The position numbers and the translations under genes are program-made. Source: an uncultured Bacilli bacterium (GTDB taxonomy: Bacteria > Bacillota_I > Bacilli_A > RF39 > UBA660). From it: DNA of 64,000 nt. Shown piece after piece: positions 38,395 through 48,942 of the stretch. Positions within the stretch are counted from its first letter, which is position 1. Each line of letters starts with the position of its first letter. The notes below the pieces were generated by a model that worked only from the letters and a program-made list of their open reading frames with translations, was not told the origin of the DNA and did no database searches. The DNA is taken from the NCBI GenBank assembly GCA_947627925.1, contig CANQXW010000002.1, forward strand, positions 9,575 to 73,574. Reading direction: 5' to 3'.

Positions 38395-39194
38395 TTATGC
38401 CTCCCTAATTTTTGCTCTAAAAAATACGCTATCCCATCATTATCATTACTTAAAGTTACCGCGTCAGCTTTCGCTTTAACTATATCTAAAGCATTTTCCA
38501 TAGCCACACCCATGCCCACCATTTCTATGGCTTCTAAATCATTAGTGCCATCACCAAAAAAGATCATTTCATCTAAAGAGATACCTAATTTCTTCCCTAA
38601 ATACTCTAAAGAAACGCCTTTATTAATATTTAAAGGATTTATAACAATAATTTTACATTCATCCGTATTATCATCCATAATAAATATATTTAATTTCTTC
38701 GAATAGGGAGCAAGTAAAGGAAATATTTCTTCTACTTTTCGATCATCTTTTAAAAAGACATTTATTTTACTAATATGACCTTTTATTTCCTCTAAAGAAT
38801 GAATATCTATGAGAAATGGTACAGAATTATGTTCCTTATCCCCTTTTAAATAATAAGCCAAATCCGTTACATAATCAATGCGACTACAATAAGGAGTTAA
38901 AAAATCAGTCAAATCCTGGATAAGAGAAAAAGGAATCGTTTTAATTGGTTCTATTTTATCATTTTTTACATCATAAATTGAAGAACCATTAGTTAAAATA
39001 ATATAGTCAAAATAACTGATTGAAAGATCCCATTTAACGCTCTCTAAATTTCTTCCCGTTACACCGACAATTAAATAATCTTCATTCCGATATTTTAAAA
39101 GAGCATCATGACTCTTAGAACTAACAAGGCCTTGCCTATTTAATAAAGTACCATCAAAATCCATTCCAATTAGTTTGTACATTTTCTTCACCAC
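38391..39194 (-). CDS. Cof-type HAD-IIB phosphatase
   Basis: GMDFDGTLL, GR, and FGDGTNDLEAIE.VG.GVAMENA. Confidence 0.85.
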   Translation of the reverse strand: MVKKMYKLIGMDFDGTLLNRQGLVSSKSHDALLKYRNEDYLIVGVTGRNLESVKWDLSISYFDYIILTNGSSIYDVKNDKIEPIKTIPFSLIQDLTDFLTPYCSRIDYVTDLAYYLKGDKEHNSVPFLIDIHSLEEIKGHISKINVFLKDDRKVEEIFPLLAPYSKKLNIFIMDDNTDECKIIVINPLNINKGVSLEYLGKKLGISLDEMIFFGDGTNDLEAIEMVGMGVAMENALDIVKAKADAVTLSNDNDGIAYFLEQKLGRHK

Positions 39195-39284
39195 TCTTTT
39201 AAACTTAAAATAATTATACCAGAGATTTAGAGAATATTGCTAAAAAAATATTCTAAGTTTAAAAAAGTAGATTTCCAAATCTAA

Positions 39285-39983
39285 TTAACAACCGATTCCA
39301 CATTTTTCAGGTTCATCTTCTAAACATTCTAAGACGCATTTTAATTTATCATACATATCTTTCTTCATAGAATCCGTTAGTTCCATATAACCATCAGTTT
39401 GTTCATCAGATATACCTGTATCTAGTTTTTGCGGCTTACCATCGATAACACTTACGACATTTGGAGCATAAATTCTTTTTTCTTTAGTATCAACTTCTTT
39501 GCCTTTACTATCAGTTAAAGAATAATCCTCTAAAACATTATCCATTAGTTCCAATAATTTATAGTAATCATCGCTACCTTTTTTACTAGTAACTACTTCC
39601 CCGTCTTCATTAACTTCTAAAGTATCTCTGATATCATGAATATCTACGTAGTAAATTTTATTAATATCTAAGTCATCTAAAACTTCAACTAAAGTTGGTA
39701 GAACACTCCGGCACCAAGGACAAGTATTATAGCCAAAATATACCGCAAAAGTCTCTCCGGCTTCTAAAAGCTCCACTATATCTTTAGCCTCTTTATAAAC
39801 AAAAGGATTATCTTCTGGGATTTCAATATTTCTAATATCTTTACCACTAGATGTTTTGGTTCCATTAACACTTTCATATTCTTTTTTAAATTTTTGGGCA
39901 TCAGTTTCTTCTTTTTTACCGCAACCTGTAAATAAAAATAAACTTAAAACAATACTTAATAAAACAAATAATTTCTTTTTCAT
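39285..39983 (-). CDS. thioredoxin-fold lipoprotein (CPWC) with a Cys-rich C-terminal tail ending CGIGC
   Basis: Lipobox LFTGC, active site NTCPWC, and tail KCVLECLEDEPEKCGIGC. Confidence 0.7.
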   Translation of the reverse strand: MKKKLFVLLSIVLSLFLFTGCGKKEETDAQKFKKEYESVNGTKTSSGKDIRNIEIPEDNPFVYKEAKDIVELLEAGETFAVYFGYNTCPWCRSVLPTLVEVLDDLDINKIYYVDIHDIRDTLEVNEDGEVVTSKKGSDDYYKLLELMDNVLEDYSLTDSKGKEVDTKEKRIYAPNVVSVIDGKPQKLDTGISDEQTDGYMELTDSMKKDMYDKLKCVLECLEDEPEKCGIGC

Positions 39984-39995
39984 TTTTTATCACTC

Positions 39996-40661
39996 CTATT
40001 TCTTTTTCGTTTCTAATTTAACAAGTTTAGCCATTATTTTCTTATTTGAGAAATAAATATAACTAATAATAATTACGGTGCTTACTGAAGTAAATAATAA
40101 ACTCCACCAAATTGAAGATGAATTAGATGTAACTTCTTTGGTGCCTTTACTCATTTCTTCTAAAACATCATATCTTGTCTTCTTGTTGTATTCATCTTTA
40201 ATGGCTTTTTTAATATCTTCATCATAACCAGCGTAATAACCCCCAAAAACTTGATCACCAATAACAATATAAGGAACTCCCTCATTAGCCACACCGGTAA
40301 AATCAGCCACCTTATTTAATAACTCTTTATTATCCGCATTATTCCAAGTTTCATAAGATACTAATTTAAAATATTTTCCATATTCCGGAACAATACTATT
40401 TAAGAAAGTTAAAAATTTCATACAAACTGTACAACCTTTACCTCTAAATAAATAGATAGTAATTTGATCATCAGTTTCCTTATAGTCTTTTAAATCATAT
40501 TCAATGCCTTCATCTTTCAGAGAATTTTCTAAATTCATCGTTTTATACTTAGATGCCGCATCCACCCACATTGGCATTAAGAATAAACAAAAGATACCCA
40601 GCAGAACAATAATTGTCACAATAACTGATAATAACCGATTACTTTTTTTGCTTTTTTCCAT
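39996..40661 (-). CDS. thioredoxin/glutaredoxin-like protein (CTVC) with N- and C-terminal TM helices
   Basis: FRGKGCTVCMKF...VPYIVIGDQVFGGY, flanked by hydrophobic helices. Confidence 0.65.
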   Translation of the reverse strand: MEKSKKSNRLLSVIVTIIVLLGIFCLFLMPMWVDAASKYKTMNLENSLKDEGIEYDLKDYKETDDQITIYLFRGKGCTVCMKFLTFLNSIVPEYGKYFKLVSYETWNNADNKELLNKVADFTGVANEGVPYIVIGDQVFGGYYAGYDEDIKKAIKDEYNKKTRYDVLEEMSKGTKEVTSNSSSIWWSLLFTSVSTVIIISYIYFSNKKIMAKLVKLETKKK

Positions 40662-40747
40662 ACTTTTTCCTCCAATATCAGTATCTGCTTTTTCCTTAAA
40701 ATTAGCAAGAAAATCAAGGTTGAAAAAAATTCAACCTTAAGTTGAAT

Positions 40748-41449
40748 TTAATTTTTACAGCCATTTTCTATAATCAAAGGGATTTTATAAAAGACAGTTT
40801 GATGAGATTCGTTAATAGCTTCAATTTCTAAATGGAAAGTATCATTTTCATATATTTTACAATTATCCGAATGATGATTAACATTGAAATTAACCTGACT
40901 TAAAAAATCTTTTAAACTAATTTTCCCATCTGTATGATTATAACTACTAATTACTTCTTTAGTATTACCTACACTTTCATAAAGGAGACACTTTATTTCC
41001 ACATATTCATTAGTGCTATCTTCACCTTCATATGTAATATTCGAAATATAAATAGTGGTTTTATTTTCATTATAAGCAATGCTACCATACAAACTAAAAT
41101 TATTCACATTAGTCGAAATAGTTTTAAATTCAAAATCATTGTGAGGAAAAAGAAAATGAATAAGTAAAAAAGAAACTATCAATATTAAAATAATTAAGGA
41201 AATTATTAATTTTAAATTAATTTTTTTGGTATTTTTAGATGGTAAGTCTAATCCAAAAAGTTCCATAAAATCTAAATTAAATTTATCACAAATTAAATAA
41301 AGAGTTTCTATGTCAGGCATATTTTTGCCCATCTCCCATTTACTAACGGCTTGGGGAGAAACATAAAAAAACTGAGCAAATTCTGCTTGCGTTAAATTAT
41401 GACTGACTCTTATATCTTTAATTTTTTTTCCTAATTCTTCTAAATTCAT
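40748..41449 (-). CDS. XRE-family HTH regulator fused to a TM helix and an extracellular domain
   Basis: LTQAEFAQFFYVSPQAVSKWEMGKNMPD, followed by LIISLIILILIVSFLLIHFLF. Confidence 0.75.
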   Translation of the reverse strand: MNLEELGKKIKDIRVSHNLTQAEFAQFFYVSPQAVSKWEMGKNMPDIETLYLICDKFNLDFMELFGLDLPSKNTKKINLKLIISLIILILIVSFLLIHFLFPHNDFEFKTISTNVNNFSLYGSIAYNENKTTIYISNITYEGEDSTNEYVEIKCLLYESVGNTKEVISSYNHTDGKISLKDFLSQVNFNVNHHSDNCKIYENDTFHLEIEAINESHQTVFYKIPLIIENGCKN

Positions 41450-41641
41450 AATACTTCCTGGCTAATATTATAGCACAACCGCAAAATATTTAAACATTTT
41501 TATTTTAAAATAACTTTAATATTGCCTTTTTCTAAATCTTTTAAAGCCACAGTATGGCCAATTTTAGTATAGCTATAGAAGGGGTAAAGTTTTGATAAAA
41601 CTAAACTAAACAATAGACGAATACCCTTTTTCCTAATACCT

Positions 41642-42535
41642 CTAGTGATGATGGCGATGCGTTGCCAATTCTTTTACTTCACAATTTTTTTCGGCACATT
41701 CATCATCTTTTTCTTCCATTTCAATAGTTACATGACTAATATTATTTTCAGACATAAGTTTTTTAATCTCTTGCTTTACCTCTTTAAAATATTTCATATC
41801 ACTAACGACATGCATGGTGGCATAAACACTTTCGCCATCCATACTCCATAAATGCACATGATGGACTTCTAAAACATGAGAAACTTTTTTAACTAAAGAT
41901 ATAATCTTTTTTACATCATAACCTCTAGGAGTTTTTTCTAAAAATAAATCTAAAGCCTCTTTTAAATTTTTAAAAGCATGAACTAAAAGGAATATGGCTA
42001 CTCCTAGGCTCATCAAAGAATCAATAGCATAAAATTTAGTTAAACGAATAACTAGAGAACCCACTAAAACCACTAACCAACCTAAAACATCTTCCATCAT
42101 ATGGAGATTAACTGCTTTTTTATTAACATTATCCCCATCTTTCGTTACATAAGCCGCTAAAAAGTTAATAATAAAGCCAATAATTGCTAAAATAAGCATG
42201 CCATTATAATTAACCCGAACAGGATTAATTAATCTTTTTATAGAACTTACAATAACAATTAGAGAGCCACAAATTAAAATAATCGTCGTAATTAAAGCCC
42301 CTAAAACGGAATATCTTCGGTAGCCATAAGTATAGATATCATTTGCTTTCCGCTCACTTTTTTTCTCTAAAAAATATGATATCCCGATACTTAAAGCATC
42401 CCCGGCATCATGTAGGGCATCACTCATAATCGAAACACTTTTAGAAAAGAAACCGCCGATTAATTCAAAAATAGCAAAGAAAAAATTAAGGAGAAAAGCC
42501 ACTAAAATACTAGTTTTATTATTCATTTGCTTCAC
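41642..42535 (-). CDS. cation diffusion facilitator (Zn/Co/Cd efflux, CzcD/ZitB-like)
   Basis: The SDALHDAGDA and HMMEDVLGW motifs, six TM helices and a His-rich C-terminus, HRHHH. Confidence 0.85.
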   Translation of the reverse strand: MKQMNNKTSILVAFLLNFFFAIFELIGGFFSKSVSIMSDALHDAGDALSIGISYFLEKKSERKANDIYTYGYRRYSVLGALITTIILICGSLIVIVSSIKRLINPVRVNYNGMLILAIIGFIINFLAAYVTKDGDNVNKKAVNLHMMEDVLGWLVVLVGSLVIRLTKFYAIDSLMSLGVAIFLLVHAFKNLKEALDLFLEKTPRGYDVKKIISLVKKVSHVLEVHHVHLWSMDGESVYATMHVVSDMKYFKEVKQEIKKLMSENNISHVTIEMEEKDDECAEKNCEVKELATHRHHH

Positions 42536-43027
42536 CTACTCACACATATCTTTACTTATATCGGCTTCTAAAGAACCGAGATAAATATTTTTATTTTTAG
42601 CATTATCACAAACTAAAATTTTAAGGCCTTCATTAGAAAAGCCTGATTCTCCTTCATCAATATAAATTTTAGCTTTAAAGTATTCTTGAACTTCCCCATT
42701 ATCATTTAAAATATTAATAATTTCTTCCATAATATTTTCATCATCTTTTAAAACTTCTTTTAAAGATCTAACTTCTTTATAATCATTTATCTTAATATCT
42801 TTTAAACAATTAGTATAAATAATTCGCCCATCTTTTAATTCATAATACTTATTATCTTTCGTACAGCTTTCTTTTGTAGTTTCAATTTTATAAGCAAAGT
42901 CCTCACCAGGTAGTGTTTTATCCACTTTCCCAAAATACTTAAAAATAACAATTATCCCAATAACTATAATCAAAATAATAATTATAATAGTTAACCATTT
43001 ATTTAACTTATCTTTCACTACTATCAC
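42536..43027 (-). CDS. hypothetical membrane-anchored protein
   Basis: N-terminal TM helix. Confidence 0.55.
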   Translation of the reverse strand: MIVVKDKLNKWLTIIIIILIIVIGIIVIFKYFGKVDKTLPGEDFAYKIETTKESCTKDNKYYELKDGRIIYTNCLKDIKINDYKEVRSLKEVLKDDENIMEEIINILNDNGEVQEYFKAKIYIDEGESGFSNEGLKILVCDNAKNKNIYLGSLEADISKDMCE

Positions 43028-43049
43028 CTAATAATATTATATCACTAAC

Positions 43050-44261
43050 TTAATAATAAAAATATTTAATTTTAAAAGTTGTTCCTTTATTAACAATAGA
43101 CTCGCAAGTAATCTTCCCCTTATCTTTTTCAATAATAGATTTAGCTAGAGCTAGTCCAATCCCAATACTATCAGAACTAGCATTTTTCCCTTTATAAAAT
43201 CTTTCAAAAAGATGTTTTAAGTCTTTACTATCCATTCCTTTACCATAATCTTTAATATCTATTTCTAAATAAAGATTATTTTTAAAAACTTTAATATCGA
43301 TAATTCCTTTCGAATGAGAATATTCCAAAGCATTTTTTAAAATATTAGTTAAAGCTTCAATTTGCCACTTTTTATCACAAATTATTTTTTCTTCGTTCCT
43401 TTCCTGATAATTAATTTTAACATTTTTTAAATCGCTTAAACTGTTAACATTCAATATGGCTTCTTTAATAAGATCATCTACTCTTACTTCTTCATCATAA
43501 AAAGTAATTGCATTAGCTTCAAATTTAGAAAGTTTTAATAAACTATTAATTAAAAAATTTAAATTCGTAATTTCTCTTTTAATTTTATTTAAAAATTGCT
43601 CTCTAACATCTTCTTCCATATCAGGATTGGAAATTAAATTATCGAGCATAATACAAATAGATGTCAAAGGAGTTTTTAATTGATGAGAAATATCTTCTAA
43701 ATAATCTTTTAATTTAATTTTATCATTTAAAGAAGTTTCGGTTAAACTTCTTAGTCTAATAGTAGTCTTAGCTACTTCATCTTTTAATAAAGATAATTCA
43801 TCTTCTTTAGCCTCTTTAAAATTAATTTGATAATTGCCATGATTAATCTTTTCTAACTTCTTAATAATCGATTCAATGCTTTTGCTATTTCTTCTTTTAT
43901 AAAAGATAAAGATTATTAAAATTAAAAAACTAAAAACCATAATATCGGCAAGTTTAAAGAGAAAAAATTTTTCTTTTAAAGTATCATTTTCTAAAATAAT
44001 ATTGTCACTTAAATCATAACCATACTTGGCTAAATAATTAGGATAATCTTCTTTAACTTTTAAAGAAGAAATAATTTCACTTTCTGATACATTAGGATAT
44101 TTTTCTTTAATTAAAGCGATAAGCATATTTAAATTATTATTAACATTTTCATTATACTTTTGATACTCTAATTTATTAAGATAAATAATACTTCCTAAAA
44201 ATATGCCAAGTATGATCAAAAGCCCTAGTAAATATTTTTTAAAATAATTATTCTTCTTCAT
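43050..44261 (-). CDS. sensor histidine kinase
   Basis: H-box ISHQLKTPLTS, N-box NILKNALEYS and G-boxes DYGKGM / GIGLALAK. There are two TM helices. Confidence 0.85.
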   Translation of the reverse strand: MKKNNYFKKYLLGLLIILGIFLGSIIYLNKLEYQKYNENVNNNLNMLIALIKEKYPNVSESEIISSLKVKEDYPNYLAKYGYDLSDNIILENDTLKEKFFLFKLADIMVFSFLILIIFIFYKRRNSKSIESIIKKLEKINHGNYQINFKEAKEDELSLLKDEVAKTTIRLRSLTETSLNDKIKLKDYLEDISHQLKTPLTSICIMLDNLISNPDMEEDVREQFLNKIKREITNLNFLINSLLKLSKFEANAITFYDEEVRVDDLIKEAILNVNSLSDLKNVKINYQERNEEKIICDKKWQIEALTNILKNALEYSHSKGIIDIKVFKNNLYLEIDIKDYGKGMDSKDLKHLFERFYKGKNASSDSIGIGLALAKSIIEKDKGKITCESIVNKGTTFKIKYFYY

Positions 44262-44904
44262 CGACTCTATAACCTATTCCTTTAACTGTTTTAATAATAT
44301 CTGTTTCTAATTTTTCTCTTATTCTACTAATATAAACGGTAATGGTATGTAAAGAAACATCATTTCCTGTCCATTCCCATAAGTGATCCGCAATGTCTTC
44401 TCTTCTCACAACTTTATTAAGATTTAAAAATAACAAATGCAAAATTTTTAATTCTAAAGGGGAAATTACTAAAGGTTCATCACCTTTTAAAACTACCATT
44501 TTATCTAAATCAAATTGGATATCTTTAATTTTGATTATGGCCGATTTTTTATTCCGTAAAACAATTTTATTAATTCTCGCTAATAACTCTTTCGTAAAAA
44601 AGGGTTTAGTTAAGTAGTCTTCGGCTCCTAAGTTTAGGGCTTTCACTATCTCTTCTTCCCCATCACGAGCCGTTAAAAAAATGGTCGGAATATGATATTT
44701 TACTAAATAATGTTCAAAAAAACTTAAACCATTTCCATCGGGAAGCGTAATATCTAAAATAATTATATGAGGACGATTATTTTCTAAATATTCTAAAGAG
44801 GATTGAATAGTTTGACAAGTTAAAACATTGTAACCTTCTTTTTTTAAAGAATATTCTAAACCATCTAAAATATTTTGGTTATCTTCAATAAGTAAAATGT
44901 TCAT
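44248..44904 (-). CDS. OmpR-family response regulator
   Basis: Receiver domain (ILDITLPDGNG, KP) and a winged-helix C-terminus (GIGYRV). Confidence 0.85.
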   Translation of the reverse strand: MNILLIEDNQNILDGLEYSLKKEGYNVLTCQTIQSSLEYLENNRPHIIILDITLPDGNGLSFFEHYLVKYHIPTIFLTARDGEEEIVKALNLGAEDYLTKPFFTKELLARINKIVLRNKKSAIIKIKDIQFDLDKMVVLKGDEPLVISPLELKILHLLFLNLNKVVRREDIADHLWEWTGNDVSLHTITVYISRIREKLETDIIKTVKGIGYRVDEEE

Positions 44905-44955
44905 AAAGCCTCCTTCTTAATTATACCATAAGGAAAAGGGAAAGTTTATTTTCCC

Positions 44956-47592
44956 TTAAATATTTTCATTTCTAATCGTTTCAATCACATTTTGGCGACT
45001 TATCTTTTTAAGTGAGTATTTCATAATAACAAAAATGAGAATAAAGACAACAATGGTAGTAATCAAAATAGCCCCAAAAGGTATTTCAAAACGCATAATT
45101 AAATTACTCTTGGCAAGATAATAATAAATTAAGTAAGATAACGCTAGACCAATCGGAATTCCAATCAGTAAAGATTTAGTGCCATAAAAGATACTTTCCA
45201 AGCGAATCATGCGATTAAATTCGGGAGTAGTCATACCAATACTTTTTAAAATTGCAAATTCTCTTTTCCGCAAATTCATGTTCGTGGTAATGGTATTAAA
45301 GATATTTGTAATTCCAATTAAGGCAATAACCGTAATGAAACCATATAAGAAGATAGCTACTAAAGTAAAGAAATAATTCATTTGTTTTAAGTTTGCATCA
45401 ATATTATTGATATGAATATCATAATCTTTAAACATATCTTCTAATTGTTTCTGTACTTCGTTAGCATTTTTACTTTTTATATAAACAAAAGCTGTATCAT
45501 TTTCGGTAGTCATATCTTCATGGTATTTTTTATTACCGATTAAATAAACAGAATAATTTAAATCGGAAATAAACATCGGTTTAACATCAGTTAATGCCCC
45601 AACTATTAATGAACGTTCACCTTCATCTCCAATCGTAATATTTCCTTTAAGAATATCATTTTTCTTAAAATTATATTTTATTATCTCATGATATTTATCA
45701 TCTTGATTATTATAGATAAAGTATTTATTTAAGTAAATAAACTTATCTTTATTATCTTCATAATTAACTTTTAACTCTTTTAAATAATTGCGATAATACT
45801 CATCATTAACCATAATGACAGGAATATATTCTACAACCGTTCCATCTTCTTCAATTACCGAAGAGGCATTATTAATTTTTTGATATTCTTTGGTGTAATA
45901 TTTAGAAGGATTTTCCAATTTTAAATAGAAATCCCGGTATTCCGCTACCTCTTCAATTAAAGGTAAATCATTAATGGATGCAATTTTACCTTTTAATTCT
46001 TCATCCATTCGATTATTAAAATAAGCACTTAAACTATAATTGTAAGTTCCATATTCTAATTTAACAAACTTAAACGCATAATTAATAAATGTTGAAAGGG
46101 CAATAAAGACAGCCGAACAAACCACAATACTAATTACAGTTGTCCGATATTTCTTTTTACTTCTTTTTAAATTCTTATAAGAAATTTCGCCACCAATACC
46201 AAAGATTCGGGAAATAAATGCCGGAATCTTTAAATTTTTGGATTTAATACTTACTTCCCCACTATTGCGAATCGCTTTAATTGGAGATACTTTACTTGCC
46301 TTTTTAGCACTTCTTCTGGCTGAAAGCAAGATGGTTACGAGTCCTAAAAGAGCGGAAAATAAAATTCCTATTAAAGAGAAAGCAAAATGTAAATTTAAAC
46401 CTTCTTGAAAAGCCGCTTCTAAAAGATAGTTACTAATGAATATTAAAATATATGATGCTAATAGGCCACTTAATATTCCTAAAGGTATCCCAATTAAGGA
46501 AAGAATAAGGGCCTCTAAGTAAACACTCATTTTTATCTGCCTTTTAGTAGCCCCAACACTTCTAAGCATACCATAATCTCTAACTCTTTCGGTAACCGAA
46601 ATATCAAAACTATTTTTAATACAGAATATGGAAGTAAAAATAATGATGATAATGACTACAATGGCCACATATAATAAAACCTTAATGGCCGTATCTCCTG
46701 TTATACCAGTTTCTAGAGTTATTAAATAATTATTATAATTAAATTCATATTTAGCGTCCTTTAAAACTTCGAAATACTCCTCTAGTTTTTCTTCACTTAA
46801 ACGATTAGGAGAAAAATATAAATCTTTAATAACTTTTTCATCGCCTTCAATTAATTGGGCAACTCCTTTACTAGGATTTTTTAAAGCACTCTTAGTAAAA
46901 CGCACATAAACATCATTAACTGACGTTGCCACCTTAGTATCTAAATGCGTAATAAAGGTATAACCAGGTGCTGAATAGTCTTCAATAATCCCGGATGGTC
47001 TACTAGCAATTCCCACAATTTTAAATCTATAGTGTTTTGTTTCCACAATTTCTTCAGGCGTTTCTCCATCATAAGGATTATTTTGGGTAAGAGCATCCCC
47101 TTCACTATTAACTCTTTTGCCGACATCTAAAGTAATAAAATCGCCAACTTCTAAAGTGACTCTCCCATTAGTTTCTAGGTGACTTGGAATTACGACTTCT
47201 TCCGAGTTTTCCGGAAGCCTTCCTTTAATTAAATTCACTCCTAAATTATTTAAAGCTTTATCATCATAAGCCTTTAAATAAATATAAGGTTTATTTTCAT
47301 TTTTAATACCCTCTAATTTAGCATAACCAAGATTGTTAGTTAAATAATAGCTTTCAATATTTTTATTTAATCGGAAGGTATCAACATCACTATCTAAAAC
47401 ATTATAAAAAGCAAAATGATAATTACCATCTTTTTTACTTTCAAAGTCAATCATACTTTCTCTAGCGGAGAAAAACATACTCGTAACGGCGGAAAGCAAA
47501 GCAACTGATAAGATAATGCCCATAATGGTGACAATCGTTCTTTTTTTATTTAAAAGTAAATTAGTGGTTGTTAATTTGCGAAAAAGATGCAT
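44956..47592 (-). CDS. FtsX/MacB-type ABC transporter permease with duplicated FtsX domains (878 aa)
   Basis: Two blocks of TM helices are each preceded by a large extracytoplasmic domain, and the gene sits next to a MacB-type ATPase. The module plus TCS is arranged like Bce-type peptide-antibiotic sensing/resistance units. Confidence 0.75.
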   Translation of the reverse strand: MHLFRKLTTTNLLLNKKRTIVTIMGIILSVALLSAVTSMFFSARESMIDFESKKDGNYHFAFYNVLDSDVDTFRLNKNIESYYLTNNLGYAKLEGIKNENKPYIYLKAYDDKALNNLGVNLIKGRLPENSEEVVIPSHLETNGRVTLEVGDFITLDVGKRVNSEGDALTQNNPYDGETPEEIVETKHYRFKIVGIASRPSGIIEDYSAPGYTFITHLDTKVATSVNDVYVRFTKSALKNPSKGVAQLIEGDEKVIKDLYFSPNRLSEEKLEEYFEVLKDAKYEFNYNNYLITLETGITGDTAIKVLLYVAIVVIIIIIFTSIFCIKNSFDISVTERVRDYGMLRSVGATKRQIKMSVYLEALILSLIGIPLGILSGLLASYILIFISNYLLEAAFQEGLNLHFAFSLIGILFSALLGLVTILLSARRSAKKASKVSPIKAIRNSGEVSIKSKNLKIPAFISRIFGIGGEISYKNLKRSKKKYRTTVISIVVCSAVFIALSTFINYAFKFVKLEYGTYNYSLSAYFNNRMDEELKGKIASINDLPLIEEVAEYRDFYLKLENPSKYYTKEYQKINNASSVIEEDGTVVEYIPVIMVNDEYYRNYLKELKVNYEDNKDKFIYLNKYFIYNNQDDKYHEIIKYNFKKNDILKGNITIGDEGERSLIVGALTDVKPMFISDLNYSVYLIGNKKYHEDMTTENDTAFVYIKSKNANEVQKQLEDMFKDYDIHINNIDANLKQMNYFFTLVAIFLYGFITVIALIGITNIFNTITTNMNLRKREFAILKSIGMTTPEFNRMIRLESIFYGTKSLLIGIPIGLALSYLIYYYLAKSNLIMRFEIPFGAILITTIVVFILIFVIMKYSLKKISRQNVIETIRNENI

Positions 47593-47593
47593 T

Positions 47594-48262
47594 TTAATCC
47601 TCCACTATTTTGCCATCTTGAATTTTAATAATTCGATCAGCATTCTTCGCTATTTCTAAATTATGGGTTATCATTACTATCGTTTGTTTATAATCTTTAT
47701 TACTTCTTTTTAAAAGTTCTACAATTTCTTCACTATTTTTGGTGTCGAGATTTCCTGTTGGTTCATCGGCTAGAATAATGGTTGGACTTGTAATAAGAGC
47801 TCTACCAATAGAGGTTCTTTGTTGTTCTCCACCGGATAATTCATTGGGTAAATGTCTTCTTCTTTTGGAAAGACCTAATAAAGATAAAATATTATCTAAA
47901 TGTTCTTTCGATACTTTCCGATTATCTAAATCCATCGGCAAAGTAATATTTTCTTCCACATTTAAAATCGGAATTAAATTATAGAATTGATAAATTAATC
48001 CTACTTGTCTTCTTCTAAAAATAGCTAATTTATCATCGCTATAGGAATAAATATCTTCCCCATCAATATAAACTTTCCCACTAGTGGGCTTATCAACACC
48101 TCCAATTAAGTGTAAAAGAGTGGATTTGCCACTACCACTGGCTCCGACAATAGCCACAAATTCGCCCTTGTTAACCCTAAAAGATACATTGTCTAAGGCT
48201 ACTACCTGGGCATCGCCTTTGCCATATATTTTGGTTAAATTCTCAACCTTTAAAATTTCCAT
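47594..48262 (-). CDS. ABC transporter ATP-binding protein (MacB/LolD/BceA type)
   Basis: Walker A GASGSGKST, signature LSGGEQQR, Walker B ILADEPTGNLD. Confidence 0.9.
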   Translation of the reverse strand: MEILKVENLTKIYGKGDAQVVALDNVSFRVNKGEFVAIVGASGSGKSTLLHLIGGVDKPTSGKVYIDGEDIYSYSDDKLAIFRRRQVGLIYQFYNLIPILNVEENITLPMDLDNRKVSKEHLDNILSLLGLSKRRRHLPNELSGGEQQRTSIGRALITSPTIILADEPTGNLDTKNSEEIVELLKRSNKDYKQTIVMITHNLEIAKNADRIIKIQDGKIVED

Positions 48263-48309
48263 AATTCACCTCACACTTTAATTATATTATATCCAGTGTT
48301 ACAAGTAAG

Positions 48310-48942
48310 TTAGAAATCTTTTTTTAGATATATTTTTCTTGATATAAAATAAGAAGCCCCAATAATCAAAATAATAAACACAATAAAGAAATAAATTAAA
48401 TAATTGCCAAAGTTATTTAAAAAAGTTCCCACACTGCTTAAATCAAAGAAATTAAGTAAAAATCCTCCTCCAATAGCGATACCAAAGACTAAAACAAAAA
48501 TAATTAATCTGCCTTTTTCAATACCATATTTAAAGATTAAAGGATACATTAAAGCCACCACTAAAAGAGTACCTATAATAGAGCCAAACATTAAACCTAA
48601 ATTCTCTCCAATATTTAAGCTACCTTTACTAATAAAAGACATTAGACAAGATAAGATAAACACTAATAAAGATGTACTTAAAACTAATAATAAACTCATA
48701 ATATATTTCGCTTTAACAACATTCTCTCTTCCTTTAGGTAAAGTAATGGCATAAGCATCCCATTTGTTATATTCATCATAACTAAATGTTGATAAGCCCA
48801 TCATCACACTCATAAAAGGAGGCAAAAAAGTTAAACTATTATCCCCATTTAAAGCCATAATAATATCAATAATTAAAATAACTCCTAAAATTGTCAAATT
48901 ATTTTTAGTTGATAATAAATCCTTTATAATTAATCCCTTCAT
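48310..48942 (-). CDS. ABC-2-type transporter permease
   Basis: Six predicted TM helices; translationally coupled to the upstream ATPase. Confidence 0.7.
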   Translation of the reverse strand: MKGLIIKDLLSTKNNLTILGVILIIDIIMALNGDNSLTFLPPFMSVMMGLSTFSYDEYNKWDAYAITLPKGRENVVKAKYIMSLLLVLSTSLLVFILSCLMSFISKGSLNIGENLGLMFGSIIGTLLVVALMYPLIFKYGIEKGRLIIFVLVFGIAIGGGFLLNFFDLSSVGTFLNNFGNYLIYFFIVFIILIIGASYFISRKIYLKKDF

